The notes below the pieces were generated by a model, which saw only the letters and a list, made by a program, of their open reading frames with translations, was not told where the DNA came from and did not search any database. This document shows positions 24,659 through 36,897 of a DNA stretch of 64,000 nt, piece by piece; position 1 is the stretch's first letter, and every line of letters begins with the position of its first letter. Source of the DNA: Rhizodiscina lignyota (lineage: Eukaryota); NCBI GenBank assembly GCA_010015805.1, contig ML978124.1, forward strand, positions 186,001-250,000. Direction: 5' to 3'. The position numbers and the translations under genes are program-made.

Positions 24659-27065
24659 ATGGCTTCGTCGAGCCGGCCTGAGCAGAAGAATCTGTTGCCA
24701 TTCCCCACATCAAGAGCTCCGTCTCCTTCGCCCTCTCCGCAACCTCAGATCAAATATGTTAAGAGATCCGGGCAAAAGCGAGACTACATACGCAGGATTT
24801 GGCGTACTTTTCTCAAACAGTCCCGTCTAGGTGCCGTGTGGGCGCTTTTCTGGATCGATCATGAAGATGCAAAGATCATCGTCGACAGAGGGCGCGCTCT
24901 TGTACTCTCGCGCTCACTCTTCCACCTCCTGGCCCTCAGCATGACGATAGCACTCAGCTGGCTCCAGATAGCGGGCTTCTACATTGGGGGAACACTAGAA
25001 GGATGGCACAGTCCAGATTCTGAATCGGCCAAGCTGCTTCTGCTCCAAATCGCAGCAAAGGTTCTCGAGCTGATCGTCATAACATCGCTCACAACAGTCG
25101 TTGTCGAGATCGTCCGCTCGTTTCTGCTAGACAGCTCTATACCATTCGGATGGATTGCAGCCCACCTACAGTTTTCCGACCCATTATGGTTCGTGTCCGA
25201 GGGCTTTTGGGCGGCGCTGAAAGGCTTCAAGAATAAGACACGCTTCGCTGCTGTTGCGTTGTTCCTAGTCGTTTGCGGCGCCATTGCGCTCCTCACGGGC
25301 CCAGCGACTGCTGTGCTCCTCATTCCAGCTTGGCGAACGGATTGGTACGCTGGCGGGACAGATTACTTCCTTTCCAGCACCCCGGCCGACATCTGGCCCA
25401 CTCGTCTCACCATAAACGCAATTGGCGGACTGGATTGTCAGAATGTATCGAGCGATGCCATCAAGGCGCCTTTGGTCAGCCAGTCGGGTTGTATCTGGGC
25501 TGGGTACCCTGGCCTTCGTGCCGACAATTTTGATGCCCATCAAAGTCAAGTTTTCAATGTAACGCTCAATGATGGCCTGCAGAGCCGTCTACTAGTATGT
25601 ATCTCTCAAAATTGTGTACGCCTTGTGCTTATCGCGCCTTTAGCAACGCTTTCTTCGCTATATCCCAGAGGTCATTACGATCGCTCCACAAGCAGCTGTA
25701 ATCCTGCCGACCAACAACTTTAGCATCGGATGGACGAATGCCATTTCTTCGCTGCGAGGGATCAGCTCCAAAGCACACTACCAACGTAACATCGGTGGCT
25801 CAACCTTCCGGGTCAAATCTGCAGTACCCTTCGTACGGGCGAACTGCTTCGAGTATGTCAACTTCACCGTACCGGACAACTTCATGTTGTACCCGTACTT
25901 GCCTGAGACCGGATCAGCACAAGGTATCTGCTACCGACTGCCCAACCAGACTATCTTGGATTCGACTTTACCCGCTGCGCAATGGATCATTCCGAATGCA
26001 TCTTACCCTCTCAGCAATGGCACAGAGTCTGTACCGAGTCCGAGCGCCTTTGTCAATCTGCAGATCTCAGCTGCAGGAAGCCGATGGGCCAACTTCAGCG
26101 CGATAATGGCTTGCTCCGTTGACGCACGATGGATTAACACCACCAACGTGGGAACAGGATTCGACGCTACTTCTCAGCGTAGCTATTCCGTACACGCGGA
26201 GCCACCAGAGGCTTACATAAACCCTCCACCTGGTATACAGTTTCCAGCAACCGAGGAACAGGTCAAGGCTTCTTTTGATAAAGATTGGCTTGACGCACTC
26301 TCACCTTTAGTCGAAGCTGGCGACGTTCAAAACTTCAACACCAGCACATATCCCGGCTACAACACCCTGGCAGATATCCTACATGCGATGACACTTGATG
26401 ACGGGCACACAGCGTTGTTCGCAATCATTGACCAGATCTCGAGCGTGGTAGCAACTGTTGTTGCTGACGGCATGTCTCGCGTTGGTTACAGGGCCAATGG
26501 CGGTGACATTGAGCTTGCCGGATGGCAACATCAGGTTGTAGATCGGTATAACATGGACTTCGCTCCCGGATCTCGATGGGGTAAGGACGTGTACAAAGGT
26601 ACCGCAAGCACCACCTTTCCTGATGGTTACGATGCGTCAAACACCACCAAGCAGCGGCTGGACATATATATACAGGGCTACAGCTTCAAGGCCGATTCTA
26701 CTGCGTACTGGCTGTCGCTGGTGCTGTTCTTCGTACACGCCATCATTGTAATTAGCCACCTCGTGTATCGCCTCTTCCTCCGGAAGGATTCGTCCGTTGC
26801 ATGGGAAAGCGTTACAGATCTCATGGCATTGGCCCTCACGTCCGAGCCGCCGCAAGGCGAAGGCCAGGGAGCGCTGCACAATACGTGTGGCGGTGTGGAT
26901 AGCTTCCAAACACTCTCGGCTCCGATCGCAGCAAGGGTACCCGAGCCAGACGCGAATAGATTGTATGTCGCTAGCGAGCAAGTGCAGCTCTTTATGGGTG
27001 GCGATATCAAGAAGCGGAGCCTATCGAAAGTCGAGCCCGGCCTAACGTATGGCGCCATGACGTAG
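24659..27065 (+). CDS. Hypothetical multi-pass membrane glycoprotein
   Basis: ORFs 24659-25723 and 25884-27065 join in frame through a phase-0 intron at 25595-25643. N-terminal TM segments, large N-glycosylation-rich loop, C-terminal TM. Confidence 0.78.
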
Positions 27066-29754
27066 ATCCTGTAGTACAGATGCTTGATAGCAGCAGTCAT
27101 TTCATTATGACTGCGGGATGTCTGCATGTTGGCGCCATGGCCATGCTATAGTCACTGCTACCCAGAACATGCCTGTGCGAAGCTTTGGAGTGTCTGTAGC
27201 AAAGTCGACATCCCGATGGCCCTAGAGCAATCACCGTCGTTCTAGCCAACGCTGATAGATTTCAGAACAAGTAAGGAAAATGTGAAAAGATGTGTGAGGC
27301 ATCGTGCTAAAGCCTACTAACCTAGCTGGGTGTATGAAGAGATTGCTTGTTCATGTTTGAGGTCGCTCCGATCCGTAGCCGCCTGGGAGAAAGGCCATGA
27401 GTATGAAGTTGACGGCGTCTCACCAACTCAGCGTAGAACAGCTGACAGTGTTAGATAGATGCCGACAAACTTGTTCTAGAACACTGTGCCCGAACAATGT
27501 ATCATGGCTGAGAGGAGGGACCGGACAATCGACCGTGGAAGGGGATGTCAGCGGGGAATGCAAGTTCGGTGATTGGATAGAGAAGCTCTTGGTGCTAAAT
27601 CGCAATACCTCATTAGAGAAGGTGGCTGCACGTAAAACAGATGGGGAAATCGAAAATTGGAAACACTATCTGACAGGCGCTGCGAATTTGAGATGTGTCA
27701 CATGGAGTTTCTCGGAATAGCTCCATGACACAGATTGACGAGGCCAATCAGACGTTGAGAGAATGATCGTGTACCTAGATCTCGTACCGGGGTGTAGAAG
27801 GAGATCTGTGATCTCTTCCGAACAAAGTACATGACTAAATTCCGCAGCTATGTCGTGACATATTTGAGATGATACGCAGATGCAGGTTTTGGGGGCGGCA
27901 AGCATCCAGCCTCCGGGATGAGGCTTGTAGAACAATAGAACAGCGTCCGATGTTGGTGTTCTGACTTTCCTTCAAATATTCCTCCCAGAATACGAGAAAA
28001 TAGCTGTCAGTGAAATGTTTGTGACGCCGTGTCTGAGCTCAGTTGTGGATTATTTTGTAAACTGGTAGTCTCGTTGGAGAGGGTAGAAGGCTGATACCGC
28101 AGTCCTCAAACCTGAACTAAGTTCAACGAACTCGATTGCCTTTGAACAAGTGAATGGTTTGAAGAGATAGTCGTCGATATTCTGAGAGGCCAATTACGAG
28201 CTGAAGAGGAGAAGAAATTGTAATTGCGTTTGGGTCACATGACATAAAGCTAAGCTATTATAGGGTTAGAATCAGACGCCAATCCCAGTTTGACCGCGAG
28301 ACGCGGACGCGAGTTCGGACAAGAAAGCGATTCGTGTTCTTTCATTTCTACTCCGTAGCAGTCACTGCTTCGCGGACATCATCTTACTATCTATCTCACC
28401 CAATACATCTTCCAAATATGTATTATGCTCCAGGAAGGTGAATATAATAGGTGACAGGAACCGTCCATTCAGCGTGTGCCTGTGGCATTCTGGTAAGATC
28501 TCACCGACGGCTAGATCAAGAAGCGGGAAGTAGTAGTAAGTTGAGCTCCAAGCTTGCAAAGTGGCAATGCTAACCGTTTCTTGCGAGAATCTAGCAGTTA
28601 AACTATTCTAATGCAAAGCCGTGGAGATAGCCAAGCAGACACGATGAGCTGAGGCGAGAGCGAACTGAGGAAAGTACCTCAAGCATACATTTCCTGCAAG
28701 ATTTCCAGGCGCTGGCCGCAAGAGCAATGCGAGATGTGAGTGATCGACCCTAGGAATGCGACGTATCTAGACTTGATCTTGCATTGCGCGCGATTATTTG
28801 GCGCATCCGATGCGCTACTGGACGCCCCCTGTATTTGACCTTCCGAATTGGCCGCCGCATTGAGCTCGGCCAGGAGTTCATTTACGGATCTCGCATCTAC
28901 CCCGCGCTGTGTCTAAAGATGATACTTCGTCGAGACCTCCGTCAGCCTCACAGCTTCCGTAGAGCCACGGACCTACACAATATTGGCATCTCTTGGCCTG
29001 CAGGCCCGCCGCCTGACTGATACCGTAACAGTCTTGATCAGTTACATTGGACTTAGCAGAACGAACTCATCCTGAATCGTCAGAATTAATTATAGACAGT
29101 AACTTTCTCTGCGGTCGAAAGAGAACTACGCTCTTTCATGCAGTTCTTTAGATGATCTGTGTCATAAGGTACTGCTTCTACATCAGTGTCAATAAGTTCG
29201 TAGCACTAACTCGAACTAGTCATAGCACGCGGTAGTTCGTCTGATCCCACTGTTATGTACGATGTGCAACTACCACGAGGCCTCTATGCAACACTTAATT
29301 ACTGAGTACTCGAATTGGTAGACACCAACACATGCCTCAATGTTTTCAAATCCAGACCAATGTTTCGGTATCATGGCAATGACTATTGGCAGCTTGCATC
29401 TATGTTTTGCTGTGACTGCAGCCTACATCTCTGGCACGGTCAAATTGCCTTAGCTGTCAGGCTTACGATTGCTTGGCGTCCATAAGCTTTGGCTTATTCG
29501 CACCGTTGAGGCTTCGTTCTGGACTCTGCTGGCAACAACTTGGCGATAGGCCCCCACAACACAGCCTGAGGAACGAGATGGAAATTGAGAGCAATTGAAC
29601 TTGGCGCCCGATATGAGACCCCAGTTCAAGGTATGATTAGGCCTACAGCTTTTCCTTAAATCCCTCGTCTTTGTCTTTGGCTACCAATTGGACCTCATCC
29701 ATTTCCAATTCTCCTGTCTTCCTTCCTCTCACTCCCACACCTTCGTCTGTAACA

Positions 29755-30704
29755 ATGAAGACTTCAGCTCCTCTCCTGCTTCTCTCTTTGGCATTGTTGG
29801 CCATGGCTAAAAGCCCCGCTTGCCCCGCTGTCTGGACCCAGGTATCCAGCCATCTAACGGGGATGTTTCTTTCCAACGGCCAGTGTAATGACGACGCTCG
29901 TGCCGCCATCAGAGCTGCCTTTCACGACTGTGGTACCTGGGATAATACTCAAGGGGAGCACGGCGGTTGTGATGGCTCCCTTGTTCTTGCTCAGGAATAC
30001 CTGCTCCCGCAAAGTCAACCTCTGGAAGATATCTCAAACAAGTTGTTAGCTGTCGCTCAGCAGTTCAAAGTCAGCGTTGCGGATACCCTGGCATTTGCTG
30101 GAGCTCATGCAATCGTCACGTGTCCAGGTGGTCCCACGGTCCAGACATTCGTTGGCAGGAAGGACAATTCTACGGCTGGACCAGTTACCCTCCTCCCTGG
30201 AGCATTCGATAGCGGCGATTCTCTCTTCACTTTGTTTGAAAACAAAGGCTTCGATAAAGTTGACCTCGCTGCTTTGGTCGGTGCTCACACTAGCTCGAAG
30301 CAGGTTTGTCGCCCCAGTATACTAGCCCCCAAAGTTCTTAGCATGCTAACAGCCCAACTCAGTTCCTCGTCAACACTGCTGATGCCGGCCAATCACAAGA
30401 CTCTACTCCTGGTACTTGGGACGTGAAGTTCTACTCGGACACGACCAATCCTCCACCTGGCACCTTTGTATTTCAGTCCGATATCAACCTGGCTAACCAT
30501 CCTGTTGTTGGGCCAGAGTTTAAGGGATTCGTCAACGGCCAAGGCAAGTGGAATGGTAAATTCGCAGATGCCATGAAGCGCATGCTTCTTCTCGGCGTTC
30601 CAGGAGGCTCCGCCAACTTGATCGATTGCACCAATGCTCTGCCGAAGGCTACGCCGCTCAACAAGGTTAAACGCCAACTCAATCCATTTTCTCCAAGGAA
30701 TTAG
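29755..30704 (+). CDS. Secreted class II heme peroxidase (AA2, generic type)
   Basis: Signal peptide; distal RAAFHDC; GGCDGS; CPGGP...GRKD; proximal GAHT; intron 30304-30362 then QDSTPGTWDVKFY and FQSDINL. Confidence 0.93.
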
Positions 30705-31780
30705 AGATGTGCATAATCAATGTTACGAAGTTATGACAGAAGAGAACGACAACTTGCATGGTATAGCAGGGGGGAATGGAGTTATGGTACGAGACCGCCT
30801 TTGTGGTGCGCTCAGGTGCCGTGTATGCGGGGTAATGATAAATTAATTGGACAATATGAGCTTCTGTTGATGCCTTATTGCTAGCTTTGTGAGATGAGTG
30901 AACTGAGATTGAGTCTAACCTCAAAACATATGATCGAACATAACCGTTGCTCTTATGTGGACTGACAGTGACGGATTCATTTTGGGAGACCTCGATTAGA
31001 AGTGCTATATTCTAAATGTTGGAGGCGCTTTCCAAGTCCTGATACAAGAAAACTGAGAAAGTCCAAGTTCCCATTTATGAGATCGCGATCGTACAACTGT
31101 CTCCGAATTGTACGTGATCTTAACTGTTACTTGATCGCCTTGTAAGTGCCCTAGCCGAATTAGGAATCGCGCGTTGTTTGCAATGAAAAGTTTGGCCCTC
31201 GAAGTCAAGGGCAAACTCCACCTCTTTAGCACGGATCTGTCTCTGATATGCTTCATCTTCGACTTTCGATATGGATTTGGCATGTCCCCAGCAATATTTT
31301 ACGAATTATATCATGGCATTACTCCCGATCAGCCCGGATCGTCCCTTCAAGACTCTCTATCGCAGGCTACTAGCCCTAACTCTGAACGTGCCGACATCAC
31401 ATTCGTCAGACATTCAGCAGGGTGTGTGATTCGAGCCCAATCATTGCTTTTTCAAGCCTGGAGTTGTTCTTGTGACCAGCGTTGATGCTGATTGTTTTAT
31501 GCTTACAGTCGTTCGGAAGAGACTCCGTATTTCAAAGGGCGCCAGTTCTTACGATCATCCTCTACGATAACTTCATCAAGAATTCCCCTATGTCACAATT
31601 GTGTCATTCGCAATGCATTTACAATGCGATAAGCTTTCGACGGTCTAAGGTCATAAATGGATGCCAGCTTGTCTCCTGTTCTGATTTACAAGCTTCGCTA
31701 AAAACCTCTAGCTCTTCCGAATATTCTTGTCTACAGTATAATTGCAATTTTCTTTTACATTCTCCTGTACCAACAACGCA

Positions 31781-32632
31781 ATGGCAGTCTTTAATGGCCC
31801 TGAATCCGAGCAGAAATTTCAACAAGTTCTTGAAAACCCGCCTAGCGTTCAAATCTTCCTCAAGCCCATCGCGCCACCCGCTGCCCTTGGGCTCGCCGGT
31901 TTCGCGGGCTCAACTTTCATAACATCTTCCTGGATTGCCAACTGGTGGGGAACTCCAACGTCGCCGACCATCTTCTTCCCTTTCGTCGGCATCTTCGGTG
32001 GCCTCGCGCAATTCATTGCTGGGATCCATGGCTTTCAGGCACGCGACACGCTCGTAACCGTGATCAACACCATGTGGGGTTCATTCTGGATAGCCATTGG
32101 AATTCTATATGGTTTTGTGGTAAGTCTCTTCCTTTCCGCTGATGTGGCAAATGTTAACACGAGATAGGCGGCCGGATCTATCCCGCCTCACTCAATCCAT
32201 ACTCACTTCCCCGAACTAGCCGCTTGGTTCATCGTGCTCACTTTGTTTACCTGGTCCTGTGCTCTCGCTTCCACTGCCCGCGACCTCGTCCTGATGGTGT
32301 GTCTATTCTCTCTTTCTATTGGCTGCACCATCGCGTGCTGCCTCTTGGCATACAACGGCGGCGCAAACCCAGCTAGCGGCTCCGGAGATGGCTTGACCGG
32401 CAGCGTGACGAACGGCATCAAGGCTGCGAGCTACTTCTGGATGCTCTCATCCCTCTGTGCCTGGTGGCGTGTAACCGTCTACCTCGTTGAGGAAGCATAT
32501 GGCTCGAACTCGAGGATTACCAGGTTCTTCCCGCTCGTGCGAAGCCCGGTAGAAAAGCGAGCACCGTTTGTCATTCCAGGGCTCGGCGAACCTGGAGTCA
32601 AGAGGGGCGTTCCGAAGCCAATGCCAGTTTAA
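31781..32632 (+). CDS. GPR1/FUN34/YaaH (SatP/AceTr) family acetate/ammonium channel, atypical
   Basis: IAPPAALGLAGF, FGGLAQFIAG, WGSFW; about 6 TM; 48-nt intron at 32120-32167. Confidence 0.82.
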
Positions 32633-33701
32633 TCTCGTCCACAACTTCCAGCAAAGTCGGTTACTGTTGTCAGTTGTGTAAGCCGTGGCTCCTCCATTTT
32701 CTCTCAAGCTCACGCATGTCACGATCGGTTCCGCGCTTTTTTATTTTGCAACTCTGATAATGGTGTTAGCATGCCGGCAGGGAGCTAAGTCAGCGCGGAA
32801 TAAATGAACTTCTTAAAATCTGTATTCAGCAGAGGAGGTTTCTTAAATCATCAAACGCAACGCTCCATGTCAGTCTAGTCGATCTGAGATTGATTGTTCA
32901 GATACCCCAATTTGCAAGAACGGCTGTAGGGTAATTGTTATGTAATTTATTTTCTGTAATGGGAGTGATGTCTAGTTGGTTTGCAAATATGCTACTGTCA
33001 AAGTTTACTTCAATAATGTGACGCGCGCACTCTTGAAAAGGCCCGATTTGAACTTCGCATGATTATTGCATGACGCCACCCGAAGGCGCCGACTGTCACT
33101 TCCAAGACACTGAAGAGTAACAGATAGCCTCTATCACCAATGAGATGAATGAGGTTCTTAAAAGTGTTACTTCTATTATATGCACAGCAAAGAATCTAGA
33201 AGTAAGCTTCAGAAGAGATTATCTCACTTAGCCCTGAGTGCATGAGCTGCTCGCACAGAGCCGTTGCAGCTTGCAAGTCAACCACTAATCTGTCACCTCG
33301 TGCCCCACACCAGCTCGGTATTTTTTAGGTTAATACCTATTTGACTCTCAGCCTCTTTTTCACGAGCTACATTCAGCTCCCTTGCAATTTGAGATCGAAA
33401 GATGAGGGAATTCACGGCATGCCGCTTCTTGATAAGATCAAGCTTTAGCTTTTCACCTTCCTTTTTAGGCGGCTGGGTCAGCTCCTGTCTTACTGTTACC
33501 GTGTACATTCTTGTAAACGTGGAGTATTTTGTACATTTAACTAATTAATGCGTTAAACACTTTCAATTTTCCTTCGTCTCCGAAGGAAAAAGTTCCGTGT
33601 TTCCGACTGAGGAACATCCGGATTGTGGCTATCGAGACATCGAGACATCGGCACTTTGTCAAATCTTCACTTCTTCTCTCAATTGGCGCCTCCAAGTCTC
33701 G

Positions 33702-34702
33702 ATGGCCCAGCAATTCACACTCCCAGACGGGCGGATCATCGACTATCTCATCGAAGGTGCGAAGGATGGCTTCCCTTTCGTCTGGATCCATGGCACTCCC
33801 GGAGCATATTTACCTATCGACAGTCTCAATGCCATCTGCGAGAAGAAAGGTGTCAAAGTGATAACGCTCTCAAGAGCTGGATATGGCGGTTCGACCAGGA
33901 ATAAAGGAAGACGAGTCGTTGACGCAGTGGCTGACATACAAGAGCTTCTCAAGCATTTGGGAATTGACCGCTGCATCGTTGGCGGCTGGAGCGGCGGAGG
34001 CAAGTTGTTCTTCTGCCATTTTGCTACATCATATGTATACTGATCGTTAACTGCAGGTCCACATTCTTTGGCTTGTGCGGCAAAACTCAAGGGTTGTGTC
34101 GCTGTGCTGAGCGTTGCGGCAGTTGCCCCTTATGAAGCTGAGGGGTTGGACTTTCTAGCGGGTCAAGGCGAAGGCAGTATGTGAAATCACATACACCCCT
34201 TCTGCAAAAGAGATCTAACGTATATCTGCTCATAGATGTTGAGGAATTCGGTGCTGCCTTAAAGGGCGAAGAGGAACTCCGAAAGTTCTGTGATGCACAA
34301 AGGCCTGAAATGCTGAAGGCCGATGTTGCGGGAATGATGGAGGTTTTGGCAACCGTTCTCCCCGAGGTGGATAAGAAGACAATGCTTGGAAGCAAGATTG
34401 GCGAGCACATCGTTGACAGCTTTCGTGAGAGCCTAAGGGTTAGTTGCGATGGCTGGATAGATGACGACTTGGCCTTTACCGTACCATGGGGCTTTGAGCT
34501 CAGCGAAATCAAAGTGCCGGTGCTCCTCTATCAAGGAAGTGAAGACAAGATGGTACCATTCGCTCACGGACAGTGGCTTGCGGAGCACTTGCCCCAAGAC
34601 AAACTCCGGAAGCATCTCATTCAGGGCGAAGGGCACCTCTCAATCTTCCTTGAACAGATAGATACCATGATGGACGAGCTTCTCACAGTTGCGAAAGTAT
34701 AG
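33702..34702 (+). CDS. Alpha/beta hydrolase
   Basis: LPDGRII; HGTPG; SRAGYGGS; nucleophile GWSGGGPH; QGSEDKMVP; GEGH. Introns at 34000-34056 (GC-AG) and 34177-34235. Confidence 0.92.
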
Positions 34703-34823
34703 TAGCGCCCATGGAAACGCGGACGATTAAAGATTTCTCAGACGAAATAAAAGCTCGCTATGCATATGTTATAATGCTTCCTTTCCTGCAGTTCAGCGCT
34801 GTCTGCCGGAGTGATCCATTTCT

Positions 34824-35924
34824 TTACTGGACTTTGCCTCGGGCGGCTACTGGCCAGATCTCTTCAATGATGCCTTTACGATGAGCATAATAGAAATCAT
34901 GGAGATTAATTGTAGGATCGATATGACTCGGGATCATCTCAATACGATCGCCAACTGAAAATCCGGGACCCTGCTCCCAGGTTAATGAGCCGTGCTCGTC
35001 GCCGTTCGGAGTGTAGGTGACGCCTTGATTCTTAGGCTCTGCAAAACCGCTATCCGTCGTTAATGACTTTAGACCTGCATCTATGACGACACGATCAGGC
35101 TCGGGCTTGCTAATCACTGTTGACAGTATAGTCAAGCTGTTCGAAAAGTACGGGCCAACCGCATTCCGGTAATCGGTGTCCATGAAGATAAAGGAGCCCG
35201 GCTGAACTTCTGTAATCCCAGGGCTTGTTGCACAGAACTCTGCAGTGCCGGTACCTCCAGTTGTGACAGTTCGAATATTGAAACCGTTCTTCCGCAAGAG
35301 GTCGGCTGCGCCGCTTAAGATTGCCATTGCTGCCCGGCAATTCTTTTCACGCTCGTCGTGGCTGTGTAGGTGCTGCAGGTGACCTTCATAACCATGAATT
35401 CCAATAAGATCCAGATGCTTCAGACTGCTGATGTGTTTGGCGAGTGCTAGTATGGGCTCACCAGGTGCGATGCCTGTGCGGTTGTGGCCAACGTTGAGAT
35501 CAATCAGCACCTGTAATGGTCGTTCAAATCCAGCTGTTGCTAATGCGTCATTGATGGCGCTTGACCCTTCTTTACTGTCCACAACAACTCGAATCCGGGG
35601 ATGGTTTCGGAAAAGTTCGACGAGTCTGTTGACTTTTGGTTTGCCAACAATCTCACAAGTAATAAAGACGTCTTCGACTCCATTAGCGACCATTACTTCC
35701 GCTTCACTGATCTTGGCAACGCAGCCGCCTTTGGCTCCAGCTTCGATTAACTTTTTTGCTAAGATTGGGCTTTTGGTCGTCTTCAAATGAGGGCGGATGT
35801 CGACACCCGTTGGTTGGAGGACTTTCATCAGCTTGCCGATATTCTCTTCCATGACATCGAGGTCAACGATCATGGAGGGTGTATCGAGACTGTCTATCGA
35901 GTCTCCAGGCTTTGGATTGTACAT
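34824..35924 (-). CDS. Fold-type III PLP enzyme, D-threonine aldolase / D-serine dehydratase family
   Basis: LDTPSMIVDLD; PLP Lys in RPHLKT; HNRTG; GYEGH; TGGTGT; EVQPGSFIFMD; DAGLKS; DEHG; PSHIDPTINL. Intronless. Confidence 0.92.
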   Translation of the reverse strand: MYNPKPGDSIDSLDTPSMIVDLDVMEENIGKLMKVLQPTGVDIRPHLKTTKSPILAKKLIEAGAKGGCVAKISEAEVMVANGVEDVFITCEIVGKPKVNRLVELFRNHPRIRVVVDSKEGSSAINDALATAGFERPLQVLIDLNVGHNRTGIAPGEPILALAKHISSLKHLDLIGIHGYEGHLQHLHSHDEREKNCRAAMAILSGAADLLRKNGFNIRTVTTGGTGTAEFCATSPGITEVQPGSFIFMDTDYRNAVGPYFSNSLTILSTVISKPEPDRVVIDAGLKSLTTDSGFAEPKNQGVTYTPNGDEHGSLTWEQGPGFSVGDRIEMIPSHIDPTINLHDFYYAHRKGIIEEIWPVAARGKVQ

Positions 35925-36897
35925 TGTGCCGATTATCCAGAAGCGTCAACAGGGAAGAACACCAACGCAAGGAGTATAGCACGATATCAGGGACAGAAAG
36001 AGCTCATCAGTAGCATAGAATCAGTATGTACAAAGTTCAGTTGAGGTCAATGGTTATCAAATCGGTCTGGACAGCTTAAACGAGCAATAAATGAACTTGA
36101 TGGCGGGAAAGCAGAGTTGTTGAATGATCGACACGAAACTCGGTCTTCCCTCCTGAAGTATCGCATGTTGCCGATGGAGCCCGGAGATCAGCCGATATCT
36201 GTACTCTGTCGTAAAGCGCCGGGAGGTCCGGGAATTTTGTCCTGTTCAGACCAGAAGCGAGCTCTCGACACGCAATCGAACCCACGAATAGTATGCTGTG
36301 CCAACGTTATATCCCTCTCCGGACGCAGCCGCGGATATACTCCTCATTTCTTTCGAACCCATCGACCAAAACGGTAAATGCGATAGAGTCCGTGGCCAAT
36401 CATCTCTTGTCGCCCCTTTGCACGGCAGGAGATAAAGTCGGATCGCTCTCGGACATAAGAGAATGATCTTGCCTTTAATAAGACGACTCTTTCATTGTAG
36501 CTCTTTCCCTACGTATTTCTCACCAGTTCGGAGATGCTTGAGACATAATGTCGTAAGTTCCTTAACACGACCTAAAAAGGCTTCAATTTATGGTGGTGGA
36601 GATGTCGCTCTAACTCCGTCGGCGAACAATCGGGCGAATTCAAACGACGTTACGGCCTCTTGAATTACCCCGATCGAGCATGGCATCAATGTATTGCAAT
36701 CACTAGACATCAGGCGACGGTGTTAGGATGAATGGCTGAATAATTTGGGTTTCACTTCAAATTCGTTCAAATATTTAATGAAGACAGGCCTTGATCGGAA
36801 CCTGCCCAGTTCACTGCTTTACCAAACTTACTTGTGTAACATCGTCGAGTTCTTCCGTCTCTAAGATTTCCGGGAACATTTCACGAGCACCGCAGAC

